Virus record (IMG/VR): IMGVR_UViG_3300048834_000258
Location: 1-64,000 of that record
Source of the DNA: a virus
Length of the DNA stretch: 64,000 bases
Reading direction: 5' to 3' (one strand)
A model generated the notes under the pieces. It ran no database searches. It saw only the letters and a program-made list of their open reading frames with translations, and had not been told where the DNA came from. The translations under genes and the position numbers were made by a program. Shown here in pieces: positions 50,177 through 59,224 of the stretch. Each line of letters begins with the position of its first letter. Position 1 is the first letter of the stretch.

Positions 50177-50282
50177 TTGTATTTTGGCGCGTCTAGCGCC
50201 AAAATAGTTGTAGACCACCACAGCGGCAGCGGGACCGCCAAGTCCCCTGTCCTGCGGTAAACCGCCCGCTTCGCGGGTTTGC
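50177..50282 (+). promoter_or_regulatory. Promoter plus GTTGTAGAC-family unit 5 (leader of paralogue B)
   Basis: TTGTAT-17-CAAAAT-AGTTGTAGACCACC; spacer palindrome ATTTTGGCGC/GCGCCAAAAT; downstream hairpins. Confidence 0.55.
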
Positions 50283-50301
50283 AAAGCAAACGGAGGTTCC
50301 A

Positions 50302-50664
50302 ATGTTTCCATTTCCAACAACTTATACATACGAAGAGACAGTCCGCAAGACTGTCACTGTCTACGATGTCTACGGGGATAAAATCCCGGATCCGCCGAAA
50401 GGCAAGCGGTATGTAGCGTTTCGCCCGCCACTACCAAATGACAACTATCTGGCGATAGAGGGAGGCCGTTGTCTCGGCCCTCGTCTCATCATCGGCGATG
50501 TGCCGAAGCCAAAGCGTTTCCTGAAAGTGCCCATGGTAGAGGGCGACACTGTATGGTGCTTGGTCGAGCCTCAGTTGCTTGCTCGAATTTCTGTCAATCG
50601 TTTCTGGGAAGGTACCATCATCGAAGAAAGCCCCGAAGGGGCCGAAGAAGGAGGAGCGGCCTAG
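50302..50664 (+). CDS. FRPP-family protein B (1 repeat)
   Basis: EET...VYG..P.PPKG.RYVAFRPP...YL...GPRLII...KRFLKVP...WEGTIIEE. Confidence 0.65.
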   Translation: MFPFPTTYTYEETVRKTVTVYDVYGDKIPDPPKGKRYVAFRPPLPNDNYLAIEGGRCLGPRLIIGDVPKPKRFLKVPMVEGDTVWCLVEPQLLARISVNRFWEGTIIEESPEGAEEGGAA

Positions 50665-50678
50665 CCGCGTACAACACT

Positions 50679-51212
50679 ATGAAGAAGCTTAAGAACATTG
50701 TGCCGATTCCGCTGGGCGGCGAAATCGCTGAACCGGGGTGCATTTGGGAAGAATCTCCCGAGTCAGGGCTCTACAGCACACCTATTAATGGCCTTAACAG
50801 GTACATTAATAAAAGGCAAGCCGCCGACCGTCGGATCTTCGAGCCGGTGGAGGAGGAGTGGCCTCGTCTTACATCGCCCTACATGTATCTGTATAGCGCT
50901 ACGAGCGCTGAGCATTCGTGGTGGACCAATGATGACATAGATCAACAGCGGTTCGCGGAAGGCAACTGCTTCCACCCAGACACCAACCTGAACCCCGCAG
51001 GGGTTCACATCGACGACGCGCTGAAGGTGTTCAAGCTCGCGCTGCGGGTGCCGAATCTTTGGGGCACTTTGGTCGGGATGTTTCAGGACCCTCAAGGGTT
51101 TACGGCAAACCAGGACTATTTGGAAGAATTCCACATCGCTGCCGAGATCGAGGAAGCCGCGAAGCGGCTTGGAGGACGCGAAGATGAACTACATCGAACG
51201 TGCGAAGATTGA
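50679..51212 (+). CDS. Hypothetical protein
   Basis: Start at MKKLK; contains D..RF..GNCF. Confidence 0.5.
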   Translation: MKKLKNIVPIPLGGEIAEPGCIWEESPESGLYSTPINGLNRYINKRQAADRRIFEPVEEEWPRLTSPYMYLYSATSAEHSWWTNDDIDQQRFAEGNCFHPDTNLNPAGVHIDDALKVFKLALRVPNLWGTLVGMFQDPQGFTANQDYLEEFHIAAEIEEAAKRLGGREDELHRTCED

Positions 51213-51438
51213 CGCGATCCTTCGGATCCTGCGCGATTTGGAAACACTCGGTGCCTACGGCACCAACGTAGCTACACCACATCGCTATATGGAAGCTACG
51301 CTAGACGAATTGCTGCGAACTTCGTTCGCGCCGAAAGCAGCACTAAAGCATGTGACGGCATCACGGCCCGAGTACCTGCCTACAATCGAGACGGTGCGAG
51401 CTTCGCTTGCGCAAGGGGGAGCGCCTTCGGCGCTCTAA
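51184..51438 (+). CDS. Hypothetical protein
   Basis: GGAGG SD. Confidence 0.5.
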   Translation: MNYIERAKIDAILRILRDLETLGAYGTNVATPHRYMEATLDELLRTSFAPKAALKHVTASRPEYLPTIETVRASLAQGGAPSAL

Positions 51439-51487
51439 AATCTGCGAAATTTGGAGATTCGGAACGAATCCCGAAAACAGCATATAT

Positions 51488-51513
51488 AGAGGCGGCAAAA
51501 GCCGCCTCTTTTT
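51488..51513 (+). terminator. Intrinsic terminator
   Basis: AGAGGCGGC-AAAA-GCCGCCTCT-TTTT. Confidence 0.8.
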
Positions 51514-51666
51514 GTGTGCCTATGGGGGCCTTCGGCCCTGGAGGCTCGGCGCTACGCGCCGTGTCAATGATCGATTAGTCAAGTATTATTTCGCAAAAAT
51601 TGCTTGCTGATGGCGTGAAATCGCGATAGCCTATGACTTCCGGCGATGCCGGAAAGCGAGGAAAAC

Positions 51667-51984
51667 ATGGGAAAATTCGACAATGACATGGAGGCATACA
51701 TCTACGGTCTTAGCCTAGATGGGTGCGATGAGGAATGCGGCGATAGCGTGGATGGTACCGGATGGTACGGATTGCTAGTAGGCAATCTGGCCGAGGCTGA
51801 CCGCGAAGAGTTCGCCCAACTCAGTTCAGAAGACCGAACGGAACTGGCCAGATTCGCTGGTGCAATCATCGGCGAAGATACCCAAGGTTTCGTTAGTGTC
51901 GAATACTTCGAAACCGAAACCGAACTCCGGGAAACTTGGGCGCAAGTTTTAGTCGATGTGGGAGAACTGGAACATGAAAACTGA
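51667..51984 (+). CDS. Very acidic small early protein
   Basis: D/E-rich; TTGCTG-17-TAGCCT promoter upstream; GAGG SD. Confidence 0.65.
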   Translation: MGKFDNDMEAYIYGLSLDGCDEECGDSVDGTGWYGLLVGNLAEADREEFAQLSSEDRTELARFAGAIIGEDTQGFVSVEYFETETELRETWAQVLVDVGELEHEN

Positions 51985-52483
51985 ATTGATTCGAGACGGT
52001 GAGAGTCTGGTCTCTGCCAGATTCAAGTCTAGCGGAACTGAGATACCCGTTTATGACGATGGATTCGGTCCGCTCTACATTCATCGCGATTCTATGGGAG
52101 TTAGCGGAATCGTGAGAGCGCAAACATGGGAAGACGCCTACAGTATTTGCGAAGACGAGTTTTTCCCCGAAGCAACGGAAACGTTGGAAGAAATCGTCAA
52201 GGAATACGGATTTCGGCGTGAACACAAGAAAGTGGTAGACGACTCTGGCCAGTTTGTACGCTGGGAAACGGTAGAAACACCCGACCCTGACGCTTGGATC
52301 GAGAATGCATTGTTCTGTGAGGCGTTCGGCTTCCGTTCCAGTGGTCCGAACGTTACAGACACTCTAAATCACGGCATCTATGCCAAGGATCTGAACGGGG
52401 ATTTTTTAGACCGTCTCACGCGAAAATTGCTGGATCAACTGGGAATCGAACTGACAATCGAAACGAATGAGGAAATCGACTAA
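51974..52483 (+). CDS. Acidic hypothetical early protein
   Basis: GGAG SD; overlaps the previous gene. Confidence 0.6.
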   Translation: MKTELIRDGESLVSARFKSSGTEIPVYDDGFGPLYIHRDSMGVSGIVRAQTWEDAYSICEDEFFPEATETLEEIVKEYGFRREHKKVVDDSGQFVRWETVETPDPDAWIENALFCEAFGFRSSGPNVTDTLNHGIYAKDLNGDFLDRLTRKLLDQLGIELTIETNEEID

Positions 52484-52484
52484 C

Positions 52485-53483
52485 ATGGCAAGACAGAAAA
52501 CGATCTATCCAACAAACGAGATTGCTCACTTATGGGCACACCAAGCGGTACCCGTTGCGTACAATCCGCGACGGAACTTTTACTTCGAAGGGCCGACGAT
52601 TTTTTCCTATGGCTCTCACTTCCCGATTGCGATGCACGTTCGGAACAAACGCGGCCAATCGGCTATTTTGCTCACGGAGAAAACCCATTCGGTTACGACC
52701 GCTGGGCATATCTCCATGGTTCGGCGTGCGATTCCGTTTCCGACATCTACTTGTTTCAACGTTTGGAATCCTACGGATGCCCGGCCCGAAGTAATCCGGC
52801 GCGATTACGAAATCCGCATTGAACGGAAACGCGCATCCCTGGACGCGCCTAAGACACGCAAGACAACCAAAGCACAACGATTGCTTGAACTCCGTTCGTT
52901 GATCGCAGAAGCGAACCGCGCGGCTGAGTTCTTTGGCTTTGATTCGTTCGAGCCGGTACCGCAAGCGGACATCGATGCCGCGTTAGCGGTGCAAGCAGAA
53001 TATTCTGCGAAATTGGAGGAAACGCGCGAAGCGCGTAGGATTGTGCAGAACGCGCGCTGGGAAGCACAACGCGAACGCTGGGCGCAAGAACAGACAAAAC
53101 GCCGATTGGATCAAGAGCAGTTTTGCGCCATGTGGGAATCGACTCTCAAGGATTGTTGGCGCAATCGGCAACCATTCCCGGATGGCGTGGGAATGCAAGG
53201 GCACGCGCTATCGTTTGCTTACTTGCGCGTCAGCGGAAACGAAATCGAAACTACGCTAGGCGCTCGTGTTCCGGCAGAGCATGTACGGCGTGCTTTGCCC
53301 TTCGTCCTTCGCCTGTTGGCCAGCGGCCAGCAATGGCAACGGAACGGCCATACAATCCATCTAGGACATTATAGCCTAGATCGGATTGACGCTGATGGGA
53401 CTGTCCATGCTGGATGCCATCGTATCCCGCGCGCCGAAGTGGAGTACATCGCAGCTACGCTGGGAGTACCTCATGCAGCATAA
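52485..53483 (+). CDS. Conserved phage early protein
   Basis: AHLWAHQ...FYFEG.TIFSYG.HFPIA...TT..H; C-terminal ETT.GA.VP...AGCH.I. Confidence 0.65.
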   Translation: MARQKTIYPTNEIAHLWAHQAVPVAYNPRRNFYFEGPTIFSYGSHFPIAMHVRNKRGQSAILLTEKTHSVTTAGHISMVRRAIPFPTSTCFNVWNPTDARPEVIRRDYEIRIERKRASLDAPKTRKTTKAQRLLELRSLIAEANRAAEFFGFDSFEPVPQADIDAALAVQAEYSAKLEETREARRIVQNARWEAQRERWAQEQTKRRLDQEQFCAMWESTLKDCWRNRQPFPDGVGMQGHALSFAYLRVSGNEIETTLGARVPAEHVRRALPFVLRLLASGQQWQRNGHTIHLGHYSLDRIDADGTVHAGCHRIPRAEVEYIAATLGVPHAA

Positions 53484-53583
53484 CGGGCTTTGGCTCACTC
53501 TCGAATTGCTGGCAGCACTTACACTGCCGGTATACGCAATTTATAGGCTAGTCAACGGCTAGCCAACCAACTAACCGACACAA

Positions 53584-53611
53584 AAAAGCCGCTCCAATCG
53601 GAGCGGCTTTT
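53584..53611. terminator. Bidirectional terminator between convergent early genes
   Basis: AAAAGCCGCTCC-AATC-GGAGCGGCTTTT. Confidence 0.8.
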
Positions 53612-53632
53612 GCTTTGGGTGGTGAGCGTAGC

Positions 53633-54483
53633 TTAAAGCGATTCGACATAGACGCGCATTGCTCGCCTTGTCCGATAGGACGCTATCGCGTCGCAAAGAC
53701 GCTGTATCGCGTTTCGGTGCGGTTCGGGAAGCGAAGCTTCCGGCGTCCGCTCCAGACGGTCCAGGAGGGCTAAGGCTCTCCGATAGTGATCTACCCTAGC
53801 TGTATCGGCCAGTAGATCGTCGCATCTATCGATGCGGCGCGATTCAGCCAAGTAGGCCAGTAGCACGTATTCGCGTGTTCGCTCCAAGGTTGTCATTGCG
53901 TATACTCCGTTTCGAAGGTTTGGGTTTTGTCATTGTGCCACCAATAGACCCTGCGGCCATGGTAGAGACCTGTTCCTGACGTTCCATTCGTGGTGGATGC
54001 CAGTATTCGCAACTTAGGGATTTTCGCGTAGTCCGTTAACCAGCATCCATTTTCGTTCAGGCCGTGGTGCTGTTTGAGTAGACGTGCCAAGGTTTCGAGC
54101 ATCTTAGTTTTCCTCCGATTCGATTCTGATTTCACGCTGCAATCGCCGCGCGACGCGGTTTAGGATGCGCCAGCTAACGCTGGAGCAACCTGGAGTTGAT
54201 TGGAGATCGGTTACGATCTCCAAAGCATCGCAGAGATCGGTTAGGCGTTTGATAGAGCGCGCTAACGCGCGGATTGATTGGGTTGCCATGGTTTGATTCT
54301 CCCTTGAGTGGGGGGCGCTTAGCGTCCTGCGTAGTCCCAATAGACGGCATCATAATTGCTTTGTGCTAGGCGCAAAGCAAACCACGCACGAGCGCGGTCA
54401 AGTCCGTCTGTATTGAGAGTCAGTGACTCATAAGTCACGCGTGCATTGCACAGTGTTTGGTAAAGCGTGTGTAAGGTTTCCAT
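53633..54483 (-). CDS. Four small early genes (53633-53896, 53893-54102, 54104-54289, 54319-54483)
   Basis: Tightly packed. The first is leaderless after TTGCGT-17-GATACT, whose spacer holds GTGTGC-TA-GCACAC. Confidence 0.5.
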
Positions 54484-54876
54484 GAGTCCAGTATCCCGCC
54501 GTGTGCTAGCACACGCAAGCAAACAAAGGGCGAAGGATCGATAGATTATTTTTATGGGAGCTTCGCTCCGCAAATACTTGAGTGGAAGAGACTCAAGTAT
54601 TGGATATGTGAGTGTGAGACACTCAGATGCTAAGAATTTAGCACACCGCACGTCCCTTGCCAAACTACAAGTGTAGTAAATCGGATTTATAGGTCCATTA
54701 ACGAAATTAATGGCCTTTCGGGCCTGTCAGCTAGTACCATGAGGCTAGAATCCTCGCTACAGTACCGTGCCGCTAAGCTCCATTATGTAACCTTTCGTCT
54801 TTTTCGCTGTAAGCCCTTACACTATACAACTGGCCTATATTCAGACATGCGTGTCCGAATTAATTATGTTTAATGT

Positions 54877-55016
54877 GGGGAGGGGTCGGGGGAGGGGGCA
54901 CTGCGTGCCTGGGGTCGTAAACCGTTGATTTTAAAGGGAAAGAAGGTTCCTTGCCGGGGTATGGGGTGGGGTCCCTTTTTTGTGGGGAGGGGTTGGGGCG
55001 GGGTTTGGGGTGGGGG
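54877..55016 (+). repeat. Dense G4/G5 tracts with an IHF-like site
   Basis: G4-A-G4-TC-G5-A-G5 and a six-tract run at 54984-55016; AATCAACGGTTTA on the minus strand at 54918-54930. Confidence 0.75.
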
Positions 55017-55218
55017 CGCAGCCCCCACTGTCTCCGGCCCAAACCAAGAAGGTTCCTAACTTTTTGATTCCCTTGGCGGGGAATTCGTTGCATCTATCTT
55101 AGCGAATATTTCTGAGAATTTCCTATCAATAACAAAACTAATCTTCGCCCTTTGTTCCCCTTGGGGGAACGCGCTTCCGGGGGCCGGAAGGGACCTTTAG
55201 CCCCTTCCACTAACCCCT

Positions 55219-55569
55219 TTATTTGTAATCACTTAGCACCTTAGCCACTTTCTTCGACAGCCGGTCCACATCCTCTTCAATTTCAAGCAGTTGCGCCCGC
55301 AAAGAATCTCCTAAGTCGGATCTCTGCGGCCTCGCGGCCAACAACGTCGGCAAGTAGCTCTCCGCTACCGCATAGTCCCAAGCCTGCAAAAGCCACTCCA
55401 CTCCCATCTCGTTCGTCTCAATCAGTCGCGCGGCTTCCCACTTGGAGCGATTGTCACGAATCCACAAAAAGAACATCTCCCTGGCGCTACTCGCCGAATC
55501 CGCCATGGACAAAACGTGCGTCTTCCACTTCCGCGCCCCGTTCTCCAAATACTCAATCGTGTACGTCAT
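55219..55569 (-). CDS. Hypothetical protein
   Basis: GGAGGGCAAATG start; ATGA coupling. Confidence 0.55.
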   Translation of the reverse strand: MTYTIEYLENGARKWKTHVLSMADSASSAREMFFLWIRDNRSKWEAARLIETNEMGVEWLLQAWDYAVAESYLPTLLAARPQRSDLGDSLRAQLLEIEEDVDRLSKKVAKVLSDYK

Positions 55570-55877
55570 TTGCCCTCCTTCGGGGCTTTCGCTCCGGCGC
55601 TTAAAACACTTTGCCGCTCCTTCTGCAACTGCTCCGACCACCAATCAAGTACGAGCCGCTTCGCGTTTGTCTCCCCTCGCGCCCCCAAATACTCGCGTAT
55701 CTGTATAACCGCGTCGTTCCGCCCTATGCGGCGCTGCGCTGCCGCGCTCTGCGCATATACCGTGTACCACTCAGTCTCCGACCGAGCGGTCTGAGACACT
55801 CCCAGGTTATAACCACTGACAGCACAAGTCGCCGCCAGAAAAGTCAACCACGCTAAATGCAACAACGCTTTCTTCAT
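55566..55877 (-). CDS. N-terminally membrane-anchored protein
   Basis: MKKALLHLAWLTFLAATCAVSG. Confidence 0.5.
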   Translation of the reverse strand: MKKALLHLAWLTFLAATCAVSGYNLGVSQTARSETEWYTVYAQSAAAQRRIGRNDAVIQIREYLGARGETNAKRLVLDWWSEQLQKERQSVLSAGAKAPKEGK

Positions 55878-56464
55878 TTGCCCTCCTGCGCCTGCGCCTC
55901 CGGCGCTCCGAAACAATCAGACATGGCCAGTGCCCAAAATTTGGTGGCCTTTTCCGGGAACCGGCAGGCTGCCGTAATTTGCTCTACTCCGTACCAAATC
56001 ACGGAATCCGATACCTCCGGTTCCCATTGTGTCCAACACTCGGCCAACTTACCCAGAAACATCTTCGCCTCCAGGTACGTCGCCACGTTGTCCATCTCCT
56101 TAACAATCGGCAAATCGCACGCCACCCCAAACTTCCCACAAATCACACGCCTTGCGCGATCCTCCGCCTGCCGATATGCAAGCATGTCCGGCCTGTGCTT
56201 AATCGGCTTCGGCATATCCTTCAGATAGGCTTCGCCCGCGTCATGGAGCAGCGCACACTTCCAAAGCTCTCTATCGTCCGTCGCGCTGCGCACCAACTCG
56301 TAAACCACCAGCGTATGCTGCGCGACCGTCCACCCACCCGCGTTCCCGCCGAAGCGCACCTCATGTGCCAAGTTATGGACGATATCGCTCAACTCGATGT
56401 CCTCCGCGCGTAGCGCAAACGGATCAACGACTTTACCACTTCCCATTTGAATGCGGTAGCTCAT
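55874..56464 (-). CDS. HD-domain 5'-deoxynucleotidase (YfbR/YfdR-like)
   Basis: DIVHNLA...RFGG...TVAQH...ALLHDAGEAY..D.P.P.K. Confidence 0.85.
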   Translation of the reverse strand: MSYRIQMGSGKVVDPFALRAEDIELSDIVHNLAHEVRFGGNAGGWTVAQHTLVVYELVRSATDDRELWKCALLHDAGEAYLKDMPKPIKHRPDMLAYRQAEDRARRVICGKFGVACDLPIVKEMDNVATYLEAKMFLGKLAECWTQWEPEVSDSVIWYGVEQITAACRFPEKATKFWALAMSDCFGAPEAQAQEGK

Positions 56465-56745
56465 CAGAAGCACTCCTCGGCGAACTGCTTTGCCTTCTCA
56501 CGGTCCTCAAAATAGTAGGTCACGTCCGGTTCGCGCTGCGCCGTCCCAAAGAACTTCACCTCATACGCCTGCACATCTGCGCACAGCGCCGCCATTCCCA
56601 ACCGCGCCACCACTTCCGCCGACTCGTCGCACACCAGCCACGCCGTATGCTCCTTGTCGATCCAATGCGTCTTTCGCGCTGCCCGCGCTTGGCGCACCAA
56701 GTCCTTAGCCATTAACGCCGTCTGAAAACTCAACATATCTGGCAT
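56464..56745 (-). CDS. Hypothetical protein
   Basis: AAGGAGG SD; TGATG coupling. Confidence 0.55.
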   Translation of the reverse strand: MPDMLSFQTALMAKDLVRQARAARKTHWIDKEHTAWLVCDESAEVVARLGMAALCADVQAYEVKFFGTAQREPDVTYYFEDREKAKQFAEECF

Positions 56746-56864
56746 AAATCCTCCTTCGGAGCCTTTGGCTCCACTCCCATCTTACCCCTTTCTTGCAAGA
56801 AAAACTACTACTTTTTTTTCTTGCAGGCGCAAAGCGCCCGTGCTATCCTAAGTGCGGAGGTCCA

Positions 56865-57131
56865 ATGGCTCGCAAACCAATCGAACGCCCGCGCACAACA
56901 CTTGTGCCCCTACCGTGCCGCTGGTATGCCCCCGGCAAATTCGCACACAACCCCAACTGGGAGTTGCACACCCTTTGCGAAGGCTACTTCCTGGCCGAAA
57001 TTGCCCAGGACGGACCCAACTACTTCGTCTTTGTTCCCGGCGCGAAAGTCCCCGAACTGCCCTTCCCGACGGCCCACGCCGCCAAAGAATGGGCCGAGAC
57101 CTACCTCGCCGACCCCAACAACTTCAAATAG
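56865..57131 (+). CDS. Hypothetical protein
   Basis: TTGCAG-17-TATCCT promoter (56821-56849) containing GGCGC-AAA-GCGCC; GGAGG SD. Confidence 0.6.
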   Translation: MARKPIERPRTTLVPLPCRWYAPGKFAHNPNWELHTLCEGYFLAEIAQDGPNYFVFVPGAKVPELPFPTAHAAKEWAETYLADPNNFK

Positions 57132-57158
57132 CGCCTAGCGCAAGAAAGGAACCGCCCC

Positions 57159-57539
57159 ATGCCCGCACGCACCAAAAAGACTCCCATCGTACTTGTGTAC
57201 GATCCCACCGACGAAGGACGCTTTGCTTTCTATGACGAGGGCACTCTCGCTTTCGAAGGCTCTGACGAAAACAACCACTACTTCGACTTCCTCGCCTTCT
57301 GTCAAAAGTTCAACATCCCTTACGAAGAACGCGAGATGCTCGAAGGTCTTGAAGGCGAGGAATTTCCCCGCAAACTCGAAGATCTGAAGCCGAAGGTTTC
57401 CGTTCACGTCGAAATCGATACGTGGGATGAAGCCGAATACCTGAACATCGCGACCGACGATACCGGCCTCGGTTGGGTCTCCAAAGCCGACGCCATCGAG
57501 ATCCGCGACCGTCTCGTGGAGGCCCTCGGCAAATGCTAG
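57159..57539 (+). CDS. Acidic protein, tandem paralogue 1
   Basis: FAFY...EEFP..LEDL...DEAEYL. Confidence 0.6.
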   Translation: MPARTKKTPIVLVYDPTDEGRFAFYDEGTLAFEGSDENNHYFDFLAFCQKFNIPYEEREMLEGLEGEEFPRKLEDLKPKVSVHVEIDTWDEAEYLNIATDDTGLGWVSKADAIEIRDRLVEALGKC

Positions 57540-57880
57540 CCACCCGAACCGAACTACCGAACGAGCCGCGCCGCTGGCGGCTCGTCTCCTCGGCCCGCGC
57601 CGAACCGGGACGCGACTTCGCCATCTACATTGACAACTACCTTTACTGCATCGGAGATGCGGGTCTCGAAGCGATTCTTCTTGAGACGAAGACTCCCTTC
57701 ATCCCCGAAATGACAGAACGGGAGAAGTTCCCCGAGTTCTTCGAAGATCTCATCCACACAACCGACATCGACATCGACTGCCTCGCGACCGACGAAGCGG
57801 CTTTTCTGCGCCTCGATGGACGCTATTACACACGCCGCCAAGCGGAGCACATCTACAACGCGCTAAAAGCGCACTTCTAA
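57533..57880 (+). CDS. Acidic protein, tandem paralogue 2
   Basis: FAIY...EKFPEFFEDL...DEAAFL. Confidence 0.6.
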   Translation: MLATRTELPNEPRRWRLVSSARAEPGRDFAIYIDNYLYCIGDAGLEAILLETKTPFIPEMTEREKFPEFFEDLIHTTDIDIDCLATDEAAFLRLDGRYYTRRQAEHIYNALKAHF

Positions 57881-57957
57881 ACGCACAAAAGGCGGAACCA
57901 AAGCCGCTCGGCCTCGGATTCCGCCCTTCGTGTGGTGGGTCTACAACCAGTTTAACA
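57879..57957 (-). ncRNA. GTTGTAGAC-family unit 6
   Basis: TGT-TAAACT-GGTTGTAGACCCACC, stem CACGAAGGGCGGAA/TTCCGCCTTTTGTG. Confidence 0.55.
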
Positions 57958-57958
57958 T

Positions 57959-57986
57959 AAAAGGGGAGCCGGGTGGCTCCCCTTTT
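57959..57986. terminator. Terminator of the 58007-58513 gene
   Basis: AAAAGGGGAGCC-GGGT-GGCTCCCCTTTT. Confidence 0.8.
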
Positions 57987-58006
57987 AGTTAGTTAGCGCC
58001 GAAGGC

Positions 58007-58513
58007 TTACAGGCCCGCGAAGTCGCCGTAGGCGCGGCTGTCAGCGCCCGCCTGGGGAGCGCACCACAGGACGACGAAGGCACCAGCGCCCTCGGTTTCC
58101 GGCGTGGTCCGCGTCACGTCGAAGTCCGCAGTCAACACGGAACCCGCCGCAATCGTGGTTTTGGTCGCGTCCAGGACGGGCGGGGTAACGCCGGTGCTGG
58201 CAGCATTCGCGTAGACAAAGCCCGCGCCCGCAGCCTTGGTGATGGTGCAGGTGGTGGTAAGAATGGAAGTGCCGGAAGTCGCGGCGTCAGCCCGCTTGTC
58301 CACGTCGATAACGACCTGCCAAGCATCGGTGCCGTCAACACCGTTGGTTACGATGCCCGCATTGATGCCGACAACTTCCACATCAAAGGGGAAGATGCCG
58401 CCAGGGACGCCGAGCACGTCAGCGGACAAAGTGCCCGACTGCATAATCACGGGAAAGAGCAGCGCCGTTCCGGGCGCAGCCGCGTTAGAGAGAAGCAAAA
58501 CACCATTAGCCAT
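58007..58513 (-). CDS. Probable capsid decoration / minor virion protein, solo transcription unit
   Basis: A/T/G/V-rich jelly-roll-like sequence (PFDVEV...VDK...SILT...TIAAG.VLT.D); own promoter GTGC-GAA-GCAC-ATGG-TAGAAT; AGGAGG SD. Confidence 0.55.
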   Translation of the reverse strand: MANGVLLLSNAAAPGTALLFPVIMQSGTLSADVLGVPGGIFPFDVEVVGINAGIVTNGVDGTDAWQVVIDVDKRADAATSGTSILTTTCTITKAAGAGFVYANAASTGVTPPVLDATKTTIAAGSVLTADFDVTRTTPETEGAGAFVVLWCAPQAGADSRAYGDFAGL

Positions 58514-58609
58514 AGTTTGGCCTCCTAGCTAGAAGTATAAGGATGCGCAATCCTACTATTATTCTACCATGTGCTTCGCACGCCATTAACTTTCCATAGT
58601 GGAAGGGTA

Positions 58610-58638
58610 TTGACAGCGGGCCAGAGGCCCGCTATACT
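58610..58638 (+). promoter_or_regulatory. Near-consensus sigma70 promoter with a palindromic spacer
   Basis: TTGACA-GCGGGCC-AGA-GGCCCGC-TATACT (17 bp spacer). Confidence 0.85.
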
Positions 58639-58861
58639 GAGATTGTCGCTCGGCGCAACCTCCCCGGTTGTCGTTAGTGGCAGGCCCGAGCTGGGCGGGG
58701 CGCGACGAAACCCGGCAAAGATTCGCCAACAGCCTCGGCTTAACGCTTGCAAGGTTGGCGAAGTCGCAGGTCTGGCGAATGTCACCGTAGGGTGGCCAGT
58801 AACCAGCGCATGTGGCCCCGAGTGTGGCGACGAATCGGGGCAATTTTCGAGGAGGTAAATC

Positions 58862-59224
58862 ATGAGTGTTTTTGGTGGATGGATCGGCGTGGACCTGGAT
58901 GGCACACTCGCTGAATATGACGGATGGAAGGGGCCGGAACACATCGGCAAGCCCGTCCCGGCGATGGCCTTCCGCGTCAAGAAGTGGCTGGCTGAAGGAA
59001 AGGACGTGCGGATCTTCACGGCACGAGTGTCGCATGACGGGTCTCCCGCTCGCGTGGCCGATGCAGCAGATGCTTCTGACGCCATTTCTAGTTGGTGCAA
59101 AGAGAACTTCGGCCAACGACTTCCGATTACAAACCAGAAAGACTACGCCATGGTGGAACTGTGGGACGACCGCTGCGTGCAGGTTGAACCCAACACCGGC
59201 AGAAGGGTGGATGGGAAGTCATGA
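58862..59224 (+). CDS. HAD-superfamily phosphatase (PNK phosphatase-like)
   Basis: IGVDLDGTL, IFTAR, K, WDDR. Confidence 0.8.
   Translation: MSVFGGWIGVDLDGTLAEYDGWKGPEHIGKPVPAMAFRVKKWLAEGKDVRIFTARVSHDGSPARVADAADASDAISSWCKENFGQRLPITNQKDYAMVELWDDRCVQVEPNTGRRVDGKS

Noticed and set aside
49817-50329. 170-aa minus-strand ORF
   Set aside because: It runs across the origin-like repeats and promoters, has no SD and gives a non-protein-like sequence.
54860-55093. Pro-rich ORF
   Set aside because: By-product of the G-tracts.
30188-56464. Z-genome (2-aminoadenine) pathway
   Set aside because: No PurZ/adenylosuccinate-synthetase-like gene in the window; the hydrolases alone are insufficient.
58637-58712. 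Hammerhead ribozyme (CTGAGA...GCGAC-GAAAC)
   Set aside because: The core lacks the full CUGANGA, overlaps the -10 box, and no stem I/III with an NUH site could be built.
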